Source: the human T2T-CHM13v2.0 reference genome, Homo sapiens. Taken from it: 64,000 nt of DNA. A program made the position numbers and the translations under genes. A model generated the notes under the pieces. That model had not been told where the DNA came from, did not search any database, and saw only the letters and a list, made by a program, of their open reading frames with translations. Of this stretch, positions 1-14,170 are shown one piece after another (within the stretch, counting starts at the first letter, position 1; each line of letters starts with the position of its first letter). The stretch is taken from assembly GCF_009914755.1 (NCBI RefSeq), contig NC_060933.1; one strand, given 5' to 3'.

Positions 1-7
1 TATCTCC

Positions 8-365
8 TGCTGTGGTCTGAATGTTTGTGTCCCCTGCAAATTCATATGTTGAAACCTCATCACCATTGTGGTAGTATTAAGGGGTGGGATCTTTGGGTGG
101 TGATTAGGTTATGAGGGCTTCACCCTCATGAATTATATTAATACCCTTGTAAAATAGGCCCAAGGGAACTTATTTGTCCTTTCTGCCTTGTGAACACGCA
201 GCAAGAAGGCACCATTTATGAAGTAGATTGAGCTTTCACCAGATACTTAATCCACAGGTGCCTTGATCTTGGGCTTCCTAGCTTCCAGAACTGTGAACGA
301 TAAATTTGCGTTGTCCACAAACTACCCAGTCTAACTTATTTTAACAGCCTAAACATACCAAGACA
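8..365 (+). mobile_element. MaLR solo LTR (MLT1A0-like)
   Basis: Starts TGCTGTGGTCTGAATGTTTGTGTCCCC, contains GCCTTGATCTTGGGCTTCC-AGCTTCCAGAACTGTGA, ends CCAAGACA; 5-bp TSD-like tctcc/cctcc. Confidence 0.85.
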
Positions 366-457
366 CCTCCCAAAGGCCCTGCCTCTAAATATCATATTGG
401 GAATTAGTGCTTCAATATATGAATGGGTTGGGGGGCACAAATATTTCCTCCATAGCA
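366..457 (-). mobile_element. Older MLT1 LTR fragment interrupted by the MLT1A0
   Basis: cctcccaaaggccc...ttcaatatatgaat..gggggcacaaatatt..ccatagca matches the reverse complement of an MLT1 LTR 5' end. Confidence 0.65.
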
Positions 458-778
458 ATTAGTGAATAATAAAACCAGCAGCCATGTACTCATACTCAGC
501 TTTACCAAATATATGCATTTAACCATATTTTCTTCAGATTTTTAACAGTCGTTAGATATTATGGATGTAGTCTGCTTATTTGGATATTTTAATTGACTGG
601 ATTTGCTTTGTTTCTTTTCCATTTACAGACTTAAGAGTTTAACATTCTGTTACTTTAATTGATATCAGCATGCGTTTTTACTAAGACTCAAAATCTCTTT
701 ATTGATCAATACAGGGACCTGAGCGTTTTCAGTTCCCCTTCCTGCTCCTGTTTTACGCTTTTGCGTGGGTTACGAATA

Positions 779-1607
779 CAGTCGTGTCACTTAATGGCAG
801 GGTTACATTTTGAGAAACTCATCATCAGGCAATTTTGTCATTGTGAGAACATCATACAGTGTTCTTACACAAGCTTAAATGATATAGCCTTCTGTACACC
901 TAGGCTATATGGGATAGCTCATTATTGTTCCTAGGCTACAAGTCCATACAGCATGTTATGTGCTGAATACTATAGGTAATTTTAACACAGTGGTATTTGT
1001 GTATCTAAACATAGAAAAGGTAGAGTAACAATATGGTGTAAGAGATAAAACATGGTATACCTGTATAGGGCACTTACCATGAATGGAGCTTGTAGGACTG
1101 AAAATTGCTCAGTGAGTGAGTGGTGAGTGAATGTTTAGGCCTAGGACATTAGTGCATACTACCGCACACTTTATATATGATGTACACTTAGGCTATACTA
1201 AATTTATAAAAATATTTTTATTTCTTCAATAAGTTACCCTTAGCTTACTATAACCTTTTTACTATATAAACTTTAATTTTTAACTTTTTGACTTTTGTAA
1301 TAACACTTAGCTTAAAGCACATTGTACAGCTTTACAGAAATATTTTTTCTTTACACCACAGAGCATTCAGATTTTTTTTTATATCCGTATTCTATAACCT
1401 TTTTATTAATTTTTTTTACTTTTTAATTTTTTTTTGTTAAAAACCAAGCCAAACACACATTGGCATAGGCCAATGTGTAAGTAGGGTCATGATCATCAAA
1501 ATATCAGTAGGTGATAGGAATTTTTTAGCTCCTTTATAATCTTATGAAACCATCATTGTATATGTGGTCCATGGTTGACCAAAACATCATTATGCAGTGT
1601 ATAACAG
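779..1607 (+). mobile_element. Tigger3-family (MER7/Tigger3b-like) non-autonomous DNA transposon
   Basis: TA-CAGTCGTGTCACTTAA...GAGAACATCATACAGTG...CTAGGCTATATGG; degenerate right TIR and TA TSD at 1608. Confidence 0.85.
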
Positions 1608-1699
1608 TAAATGCAAACCCCAACTGTAGTCATTTAAACGCATCAAGATATCTTTTATGTCATATAACAAGACACCCAGAGGATTACAATTTGATTCAG

Positions 1700-3127
<1,428 letters not shown>

Positions 3128-3702
3128 CACCTTCTTTGATAGTGAGAAACCTGGCTGTTATTAACTCAATTCAGGCATACCTTGTTTTACATTGTGCTTC
3201 CCTTTATTGCACTTTGCAGAAACTGTGTTTTTTTCACAAATTGAAGGTTTATGCTAACCCTGCATTGAGCAAGTCTGTTGTTGCCATTTTTCCAACAGCT
3301 TGTGCTCACTTTTTGTCTCTGTGTCACATTTTGGTGATTCTCATAATACCTCACACTTTTTCACTACTATTATATCTGTTATGGTGATGTGTGATTGGTG
3401 ATCTTTGATGTTACTATTGTAATTGTTTTGGGGTGCTGCTAACTGTACCCACATTAGATGGTGAACTTAATTGATGAATGTTGTGAGTGTTCTGACTGCT
3501 CCACTGCTATTCCCTGTCTCTCTCCCTCTCCTTGGGCCTCCCTATTCCCTGAGATACAACAATATTGAAATTAGGTCAATTAATAACACTACAATGGACT
3601 CTTCATCTCCAATTGAAAGGAAGAGTCTGAAGTCTCTCACTTTAATTCAAAAGCTAGAAATGATGAAGCTTAGTGAGGAAGGCATGTCAAAAGCTATGAT
3701 AG

Positions 3703-4035
<333 letters not shown>

Positions 4036-4238
4036 TCAGTTAGCCAAGTAGTGAATGCAAAGGAAGAGTTAAGGAAACTAAAAATGCTACTCCAGTAAAT
4101 ACACAAATGTTAAGAAAGTGAAACGGTCTTATTGTTGATATGGAGAATGTTTTAGTGCTGTGGGTAAAAGACCAAGCCAGAAACAACATTCCCTTAAGTC
4201 AAAGCCTAATCCAGAGCAAGGCTCAAATTCTCTTCAAT

Positions 4239-4576
4239 TCTATGAAGGATGAGGAGGCAAGGAAACCACAGAAGAAAAGTTTGAAGCTAGCAGAGGTTGG
4301 TTCATGAGCTTTAAGGAAAGAAGCCATCTCCATAATGTAAAAGTGCAAGGTGAAGCAGCGAGTGCTGATGTAGAAGCTGCAGCGTTATCTTAGCTAGATC
4401 TTCTGAATAAAGCTGCAGCTTCTACATCAACACTTGCTGCTTCACCTTGCACTTTTACATTATGGAGATGGCTTCTTTCCTTAAAGCTCATGAACCAACC
4501 TCTGCTAGCTTCAAACTTTTCTTCTGTAGTTTCCTTGCCTCCCTCATCCTTCATAGAGAAGATCTAGCTAAGATAA
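4239..4576. repeat. Inverted repeat with ~145-bp arms (4239-4383 / 4412-4557) plus a 20-bp second pair (4385-4404 / 4557-4576)
   Basis: Direct reverse-complement comparison: 3 substitutions and 1 indel between the long arms; the 20-bp pair is perfect. Confidence 0.97.
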
Positions 4577-4749
4577 TTTAAGATAACTACAGTAAAAAAC
4601 AGATTTTTCAGTGTAGTTGAAATAGCATTCTATTTGAAGAAGATGCCATCTAGGACTCTCACAGCTCAGGAGGAGAAGTCAATGCCTGGCTTCAAAGTTT
4701 CAAAGAACAGGCTGACTCTCTTGTTAGGGGGTAATGCAGCTGGAGACAT

Positions 4750-5466
4750 TTTTGGAAAATCATTTTGCAGTTATAGTAAAGATTGGGTTAGGCAAGAACC
4801 ATGAACAAATTCTAAATTGGGGGGAAATTTTGATTAGTAGTAGTTTGTGTGGTCTTAAATAAAATGTCTTACCAGAGATTGCTTATTAGTGGGAAGGGAA
4901 AAAAGTAACAGTGCTAGTACAGTGGACAAATTGGACAATACCTTGACCAAGCGATCAAGTTAATAGCGCCAACAAGGGACAAATGGACATTTGGTGCCTC
5001 CAGATGTGGTATCCTGAGAAGATCACAGCATTACATTTGTGTCACTGAGAAGTCAGAATCAGAATCTTATCATGAAGAAACGCAGACAAAATTAAAATTA
5101 GGCACATTGTAATTTAAAAAAGAGCAGGGGGAGTTTGTTCTTCAAAATGTCAATGCTGTAACTGTTCTGGAAATGTTGCAGATTAAAGGCACCTAAAGAG
5201 ATTGACAACTAAATACAATATCTGATCCTAAACTGGATCCTAAACTGGAAAGGTTAAAATGCTGGGACATATTGGGTCATCTGACAAAACTGGAGTACAA
5301 ACAGTAGATTAAAGTATTATATCATGTTAAATTTACTGAGGTTGATAACTGTGCTATGATCATGGAAAAGAATATCACGTTTTAAGGATATGCTGAAGTG
5401 GTTGGGGAAAACGGCTATGATTTATGTAACTTACTCTCAAATGGCTCAGACAAGAAATTATCTGTG

Positions 5467-5509
<43 letters not shown>

Positions 5510-5650
5510 ATTTGTGTATGTTTGATAGGTAAAGTGTTGACAATAGGTAAATATTGATAGGTGAATCTCTGGTAAAGTGTGTATGGGTGCTTTTTGTCCT
5601 ATTTTTATTTTTGCTTTTTAAAAAATAAATTTGAAATTATTGAAACAAAA
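4750..5650 (+). mobile_element. Old L1 (L1MC/ME-like) 3' end
   Basis: tgacaactaaatacaat..tgatcct..tggatcct, ggtgaatct..ggtaaag.gtatatggg-type L1M 3'UTR motifs. Confidence 0.6.
5463..5507. repeat. (GC)n(CA)n microsatellite
   Basis: tgtgcgcgcgcacaca... uninterrupted purine-pyrimidine alternation. Confidence 0.95.
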
Positions 5651-5699
5651 GCATAGCCTCACTCAATATCCTCTCTTCTCACTTCTTTCTCCCTTTGCC

Positions 5700-6372
5700 A
5701 AGTAACCTTTAGGCCTCATCTACACTATTGCAGTAGCCTCCTAACTGATCTCTGTTCCTGACCTTGTTGCCCTACAGTCATTTTGTCATACAACTGGCAA
5801 AGTAATTCTTTTAAAACATAAAGTCAGATGATGTCACTCTTCTCATGGCTTCCCATTTCATCTGAAATAAAAATTGAGCCCTTAACTGGGGTCTTCAAGG
5901 CCTGACTGCTTTAGTTCACTTCATCTTCTGTGATATTACCCCTTCCCCCATCACTCTGTGCCACTCATTTCACTCCAGCCTAATGGGCCTCTTTGTGTTC
6001 CTCCAGTAGGCAAAGTGTACTCTCCTTTCAGGGACTTTGTTCTTGCTTTTCTTTCTTTCTGCCTGGAACACTCATATGTCTGAATGGCTTCCTCCCACCC
6101 TCTGGCTTCTGCCCAAATTTATCATCAGAAGGACTACTCCTGACCTTCCTAGATAAAACAGCATTCCTCCTCCCGCTTCCCATTACACCCTGTCCCCTTT
6201 TCCTGCTTTATTTCTATTTCTGTTCTATATGCTGTATTTGTTTATTGTTGATTTCCCTTTTACAATGTGAGTTCCTTGAGTGAGGGACCTTGTTTCGTTC
6301 ACTGCTATATCCACAGTGCATAGAACAGTGCCTGGCACATAGTAGGCTTTCAGTAAATGCTTGAGAATGAAA
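5700..6372 (+). mobile_element. L2 3' end
   Basis: tgcagtagcctcctaactg, cagatgatgtcactc, agaacagtgcctggcacatagtagg..agtaaatgcttgagaatga. Confidence 0.8.
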
Positions 6373-6899
6373 GAATATTTAAGCTTGAGGCACTTAAAAG
6401 CTGACTAAAAATTCAGTTATGTGAGTAGAGTAGTCTTCTTGGGTTTGGTAGTCTTCACTGTAGGGTGATGGGTACAGGGACCTAGTGGTTTGGTATGCAA
6501 CAGGTCTTTATCCCTTATCCAAGTCAGTTAAGGTATTCACCAATTTCCTAGCTAGAAAGTCAGGGAGAAGGTTGGGGAGGTGTGTAAGCCTGCTTCCTAA
6601 TGTTCTGGAAGCAAAGTGGTGCTCTTGTCTGTTCTCATGTTTTTTGTTCTTGCAGATTTTATGTTCTCCCCACCACCCCCTGTTGTCTTTGTAGTAGAGT
6701 TTCAACAAGGCATGGAGGCAAACAGGTGTGTTCATTTTACTAATCCAGTTGGCTCTTTTAATAGAGGTTAACCTTTCTTATACCACAACCAAGAAGACTC
6801 CTGCTTGATCCTGTGTGAAAGCAGGAAACTACAATTGACTTGGAAACCGAGAGTTTTGCTTCTATTAACCCATGCCTGTCAACCGAAAGGAGAACTCAA

Positions 6900-7215
6900 A
6901 TGAGAGTGTCTTAGCAGCCACATGTGAATATTGAGCACTTAAAATGGGCTTGTTTCAATTGAAATGTGTTACAAGTGTAAAATACATACTTTTTAAACAC
7001 ATAGTAGGTGTAAAAGACTTGGAAGTTTTTGAAGTCTGAAAAAAAATGTAAAATATTTCATTAATAATCCTTTAAAGTATTGGCTGTATGTTGAAATAAT
7101 ATTTTGAATATATTGAACTTAATTTTGTGTTTCCTTTTGCTTTTCAAAATTTGGTTAGTAGAAATTTAGATTTATATATATAGCATGCATTAATTCTTTT
7201 GGATAACATTGCTGT
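6900..7215. mobile_element. MER3/MER33-like hAT-Charlie MITE
   Basis: agccacatgtg..tattgagcactt.aaatg, aagtgtaaaatacatac, ttggataacattg end. Confidence 0.65.
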
Positions 7216-7223
7216 GGAGGTCA

Positions 7224-7595
<372 letters not shown>

Positions 7596-9109
7596 TTATC
7601 CTAGGATCAAAGCTAGCAGGTTGCATGTTCCCTTCAAAGATGGGTACTTTCATATTTGACCTAGTGTTCTCGCAGTTATTATATTTTTCTATACTTTGAA
7701 AAGTTACTACCCTTGTTAACTCTAACTTTGTATAGATTTTAACTTGTTTGTTCCATCTCTTTTTTTTTGGAATGGTACAATGCCAGTAAAACTGTAGAAT
7801 GAGACAGAATGGATCCAAATTGTTCCAAACTGTACTGTTCTATTTAAGATGAGTGCCGTAAGTGCTGTGAGCTACATATATACATTTAGATCCCAGGATT
7901 TTTAGTTCTATAGAGTCATTCTAGAGGATGTGAATAGTGAAAATGTTTCCCATTAACAGATAGATGCAATTCTAACTATCTGAAAATAACCTAGAAAAAG
8001 ACCTGCTATCTGGAACAGAAATGGAGAGACTACTTTTGACTGCCCAATGAATAACATTCATGATTATTGACCAGTACTGGATCAATTTAGCCTCAAAGAC
8101 CATTGATCATGCTGTATTCTTAGAGCTGTATTGGCCTTTTACTTCTCCACAGAGGCACAGATTATAGTCAGTTTGGCATTCGTTTTTAATTTTATGAAGA
8201 GTGTTTTAAATTAAAACCTATCAGATCACTCTCCCTCCTTTGAGACATTAATGTGGTCCTTATATAATTAAGCCATCCACCATTCAAGCCGATTAACAAC
8301 TTCCAGAATAGGAATTTGAGGTTGAAAACACTATTCCCAATTGCCATTCTTCAGCCTGAAGGATTAGGGAATTACAGCCTCTCATTTCTAACTCATCTTT
8401 TATCAGAATTCTGAAAGATAAAATCTTCCTTATTTCTCAGTTCCATTTCTTTTTCCTTACTTGTATGCTTAGGAAGATAATTTTTCCTCACAACCTGAAG
8501 AATTATGTCTATTTTTTTGAAAGACTGAAAGAAATCAGACTAAGTAGTCAGATTTTCTGTCCTTCAGGGTAACTTTCTGGGTCAATCCATTTTGAAAAGA
8601 ATATTTTTCAACTAGTTAGCAGGTAATTTTAAATTATAAAAGTACTCTCCTTGCACAGTTGAAAAAAATGTTGTAGCCTCTTGCTGTTCTTCTCCTTCCT
8701 ATAGTCCCACTCATCAGAGAAGACCACATTTCATCTTTCTCTTTTTTGTTTTCTTGCTAGTTACCCACCATAAATTTAAATAACTGAAATTGTTGACTGT
8801 ATATCATTTTTCCATGGTAAGGAATTTGGCTTATTTATATAATCTCCCACATAATTTCCTTCTCTTCCTCTCTGGTTTTGTTGTTGTATTATTTTTTGTT
8901 CTGCTGTAGGTTCCTCGTATAACATAAGCAATGTGTTCTCTAGCTTTGATTCCATCAATATCAGACTGTATTACTTTACTTTTATATGAAACAGGAGGAA
9001 ATTAGTACTCCCTTCTTTAACTGTTGTACTTTTGATATTACCTCTTAATTATTTTTGGAGAATGGTTGTCTGACTTCTCCTTTGGGCAAATGTTCTTTGC
9101 AGTGACTGG

Positions 9110-9132
9110 GTGTGTGTGTGTGTGTGTGTGTG
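9110..9132. repeat. (TG)n microsatellite
   Basis: Direct read. Confidence 0.95.
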
Positions 9133-9424
9133 GAAAATGTGAGGAGGGACCAAATTTCTCAGGTGTTACTCAGACCTTCTTTTAATTTACTGCCCCATTT
9201 CCTGTTGCTGTTCTCTGTCCAAGGTTGGAGCCTCTGTCAGTCTTTGCTGGGAAAACCGGCTCCTACCTCCTTCTCATTGTAGATTTGGGCCTCCTTCACT
9301 GTGATGCACTTGTCATTGTGGTGTCTCATTTGTTATCTGTGTTACAGAAATTTATCAAAATCTGGTCTTCTTCAGCCCCACCCCCTACTCTTTCTCTCTG
9401 CCTCCCTCCGTCTCTCTCTCTCTC

Positions 9425-9710
9425 TTTTTGTTTTTTGAGACCGTGTCTTACTATGTCACCTAGACTGCGGTTTAGGGGTGCGATCATGGCTCACTGCAGC
9501 CCCGACTGCCCGGGCTCAGGTGATTCTCCCACCTCAGCCTCAGGCGAGGACCACCACGCCTGGCTAATTTTGGTTTTTGTTTTTTGTTTTTTGTAGAGAC
9601 TGGGTTTTGCCATGTTGCCCAGGCTGGTCTTGAACTCCTGAGCTCAAGTGATCTGTGTGCCTTGGCCTCCCAGAGTGCTGGGAACACAGGTGTGAGCCCC
9701 TGCACCCGGC
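9425..9710 (-). mobile_element. AluJ
   Basis: gatcatggctcactgcagc, ctcctgagctcaagtgatc. Confidence 0.9.
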
Positions 9711-9869
9711 TCTTCCCCCTTCTCAATGGTATACCCTTTACAGTCCTATCAGAGGGAAACTGGAAAGGAAGAATGGAAATTAAACATACATACTCAGTCT
9801 GCTCTCTTGAGCCAGAAGATCCAGAGCGATGCTTGCTTTTTAGTTGTCTTAAATTGTTATTGAATATTT

Positions 9870-10100
9870 CTATGGTGCTTTTACATTGTTCGGAGTGATT
9901 TTATCTGCTTAATCTTCATAACAACCTTTGATTTAGGTGGAATGTATATTACTCTTGTTTTACAAATTAGGAAAGTGAGGATTAGAGCGGCTAAGTAAGG
10001 GATTTACGGATGGTCACTTGCCTGAGTAAGTTGCAGAACTGGGATAGAGATTAGTGCTCGAATCTTCCAACTCAGGGTTCAGTTCTCTTTATATTATACT
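9870..10100 (-). mobile_element. MIR
   Basis: ttaatcttcataacaacc, ttttacaaattaggaaagtgagg, gcagaactggga. Confidence 0.7.
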
Positions 10101-10949
10101 CTTTTGACTGGGGAAAGGGTTGTGTCTGTCCTCAAGTTTTAGTCTGTCTCTCTTTTTTGTGTGTGTTTGTGTGTGTGTATATACACAGAACATTTCAACA
10201 CTGAAATTGCTTGGCAGTTTCATGGTCTTTGTGCCATACCTTCTTTAACATAGAATCCCAGTTTAATCTTTTTATCCTTTACCAGTTCTCTTCTTTTCTT
10301 GTAATGTCTCATCATTTAGATTATCAGATGATTGGTCCTTTTTGACTATTTTTGGAGACACCAGAGTTCTTATATGGTTTCATTTTTTTCTGCAGTTAAT
10401 GTATCTGTGCATGCGTAGCTGATCTTCACCTTGTTAAAAGGTGAAACAATTTTTTTAATCAACATTTTTTGCTTCTTAGTCTTTCCAAAATCAGTCATGA
10501 AACTAGAGTGAAGAATTATTCTGTGTTGATAACCTCAATAGAGTAAAGAATTGGTCTGTGTTAGCACTGGTCTGTAAAGGCTACCTATAAGTAGTTTGGT
10601 TTTATCAGTGTGACTAGTTTCTTTAAAGTAGATTAGAGATGAAGTTTAGATACAACACATATTGAATCACACAGATTTGTTGTTTACTTCCAATACTTAT
10701 TTATTAGGTAAAAATAAACCTATAAGAGATCTTCTTCAAGAGTATTTGCATCCCACATTCCAACACTATTCAAAGCCTTATTTTCCTAGAGATCTTGGAG
10801 GTGGACTAGAGGTACTTGTGACTTATGTGATGATGTATTTTTTTGCTTATAGATTAATCCACTGGGGTTTGTGCGATAGATACATGTCCCCTATTCTGAA
10901 AGAAACACACACACACATTAATTTCATTGAGTCTTTCTTTACATTCATA

Positions 10950-11038
10950 TTTGCTGAGTTGCACAACTCCAGGTTGCATCATTTATAATACACTTTGATA
11001 ACGGTGCATTCTAGAATTGTGCACAATGGCTACCCCAC
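10950..11038. mobile_element. MER91-like hAT MITE remnant
   Basis: ttgcacaactccagg ... ctagaattgtgca imperfect inverted arms. Confidence 0.45.
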
Positions 11039-11334
11039 TAAACTAATCTAACTAAAGAACTCATAGAATGTAATTTAATGAAATAATTTTAAGTTTGGGA
11101 ATTTTCATTCAGCTTTGATTCTAACTCACTGTAAAGTCTTACATCTTATTTTTTTTGTCCTACAAATCGAAAAAATACCATCTGCTCTAGTACCCACTTA
11201 CCTCACAGAAAAGATTTGTTAGATTTTTAAAAAATTGCGGTGGAATTCCTTGGAGATAAATTCTTGTGAGTATAGCGTGCACCAGCTGTAGATGATGGAC
11301 CATTCACAAAGTATATTATAAATGGTGTAGTATT

Positions 11335-11698
<364 letters not shown>

Positions 11699-11742
11699 TT
11701 AAGTTATGAAGTTTGAAAATGAGCCTTACATACATAACCATA

Positions 11743-12060
<318 letters not shown>

Positions 12061-12074
12061 ATGATGAGATTATT

Positions 12075-12583
<509 letters not shown>

Positions 12584-12660
12584 TAATTCCAAATCTAAAA
12601 CTATTTTTTTACTTTTTAATTTTCCAAAGGAACATTAATTTTTATTTTTAAATTTTCAAG

Positions 12661-12956
12661 GCCAGGCGGGGTGGCTCACACCTGTAATCCCAGCACTTTG
12701 GGAGGCCTAGGTGGGCGGATCACCTGAGGTGGGTAGTGAGACCAGCCTGACCAACATGGAGAAACCCTGACTCTACTAAAAATACAAAATTAGCTGGGTG
12801 TGGTGGTTCATGCCTGTAATCCCAGCTACTCGGAAGGTTGAGGCAGGAGATCACTTGAACCCGGGAGGCGGAGGTTGTGGTGAGTCAAGATCATGCCATT
12901 GCACTCCAGCCTGGGCAACAAGAGTGAAACTCCATCTCAAAAAAAAGAAAAAAAAA
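12661..12956 (+). mobile_element. AluSp-like
   Basis: gcctgaccaacatggagaaaccc; gggcaacaagagtgaaactcc. Confidence 0.92.
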
Positions 12957-13639
12957 TTCAATTCTAGCTATAATAGATCAGCTGAACTATATGGAAATGG
13001 GAAACGTGCAAATACTACTGATATCTTCCCTGCTTGTAAGAAGAGGGTTTAGATATAGATATGGGCAAAGCTTCATTTATGAATAGATTTATATATCTTC
13101 AGTGTACATATATATCCAGTGTTTTATATATTTGGTGTTTTATGTATATATACACAATGTAACCCTGTACTCTTCACTTTTAAGTTTATTTTAGTTAGAA
13201 TCTTTTAATACGAAAACTTAGAATATGAAATAGCAAAATACTACAAAAGTTGAAAACAACTCTGAGCTTTTTTGTGAATATTATCTTTTTTTCTGCCACA
13301 TTTAATTAGTTATCTTTTTTGTATTTCCCATGTAAATTTTATTTCACATTCTTGGAGGATTAATATGGAATTTGTATAGATTTTGGAAAAGAAATTTTAA
13401 AAAACCCCAAAGAAATCTATTCCTATTCATTGTTTCTTTCACCTGGATCTCCTAGTACCTATAAATGGGTGCATGAAAACGTTTGCACTGCACTGAATTG
13501 AAGTTTTTACTGTGGGATTGAAAGAAGCACTGTGAAAAAGATGAAGAAACAATTGACCACACTGGATCTGTAGCCCAAGCTATTAGTTTAGTCTTAGTGT
13601 AGTCTACTCTGAATTTTGACTTACTGGATATTTAAGGTC

Positions 13640-14170
13640 TCTGGTTATTCCTAACAGACTGGTTGGCTTTGCTTCACCCAAATAGATTGTGGTGTGAAAC
13701 AAGACACTTGATACCGAGATTAAGGAATGTCTCATGACAGTGCTTGTTTCTATTCAGCACTCCCCTCCACTTTAAAATTAACTGTTTAGGGCTTAAATGA
13801 AATGGGTTTTAAAAGCAAGACAAAACTTTGTTCTCGCTCCCTCACTAATAAACCTGTAGCATCTCACAGTAGAAAAAAGTATAGTGGGACTTACTGGCAC
13901 CATGGTGCACAGCATTGAAGAATTTCATATTGTGACAACACATCAAAATAAATTGCTGTCAACAGACCAAAACACCAAGTGCTGTGATTCTGTCTGACGT
14001 GTGAAGATTCAGACAGGCTGTCTTGACAAGTTGTGGTGGAGCACCTGCATTTGACAGAAGACAGTGATATAAATCTGATTTGCCTGATACGAAGCACCTA
14101 GATATAGTTAATGCTGGTGACAGTAAGTCTGCATAAAATTTCCAAGCTGCAAGTCTGACTTTATTTTGCC
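13640..14170. promoter_or_regulatory. Candidate enhancer (MEIS-site cluster)
   Basis: Non-repeat block with TGACAG/CTGTCA at 13735, 13956, 14052, 14118, TGACAA at 13933 and 14024, T-box-like GGTGTGAA 13691, E-box 14042. Confidence 0.35.

Noticed and set aside
14110-14130. Strong donor ACA|GTAAGT
   Set aside because: Upstream frames contain stops and there is no good nearby acceptor.
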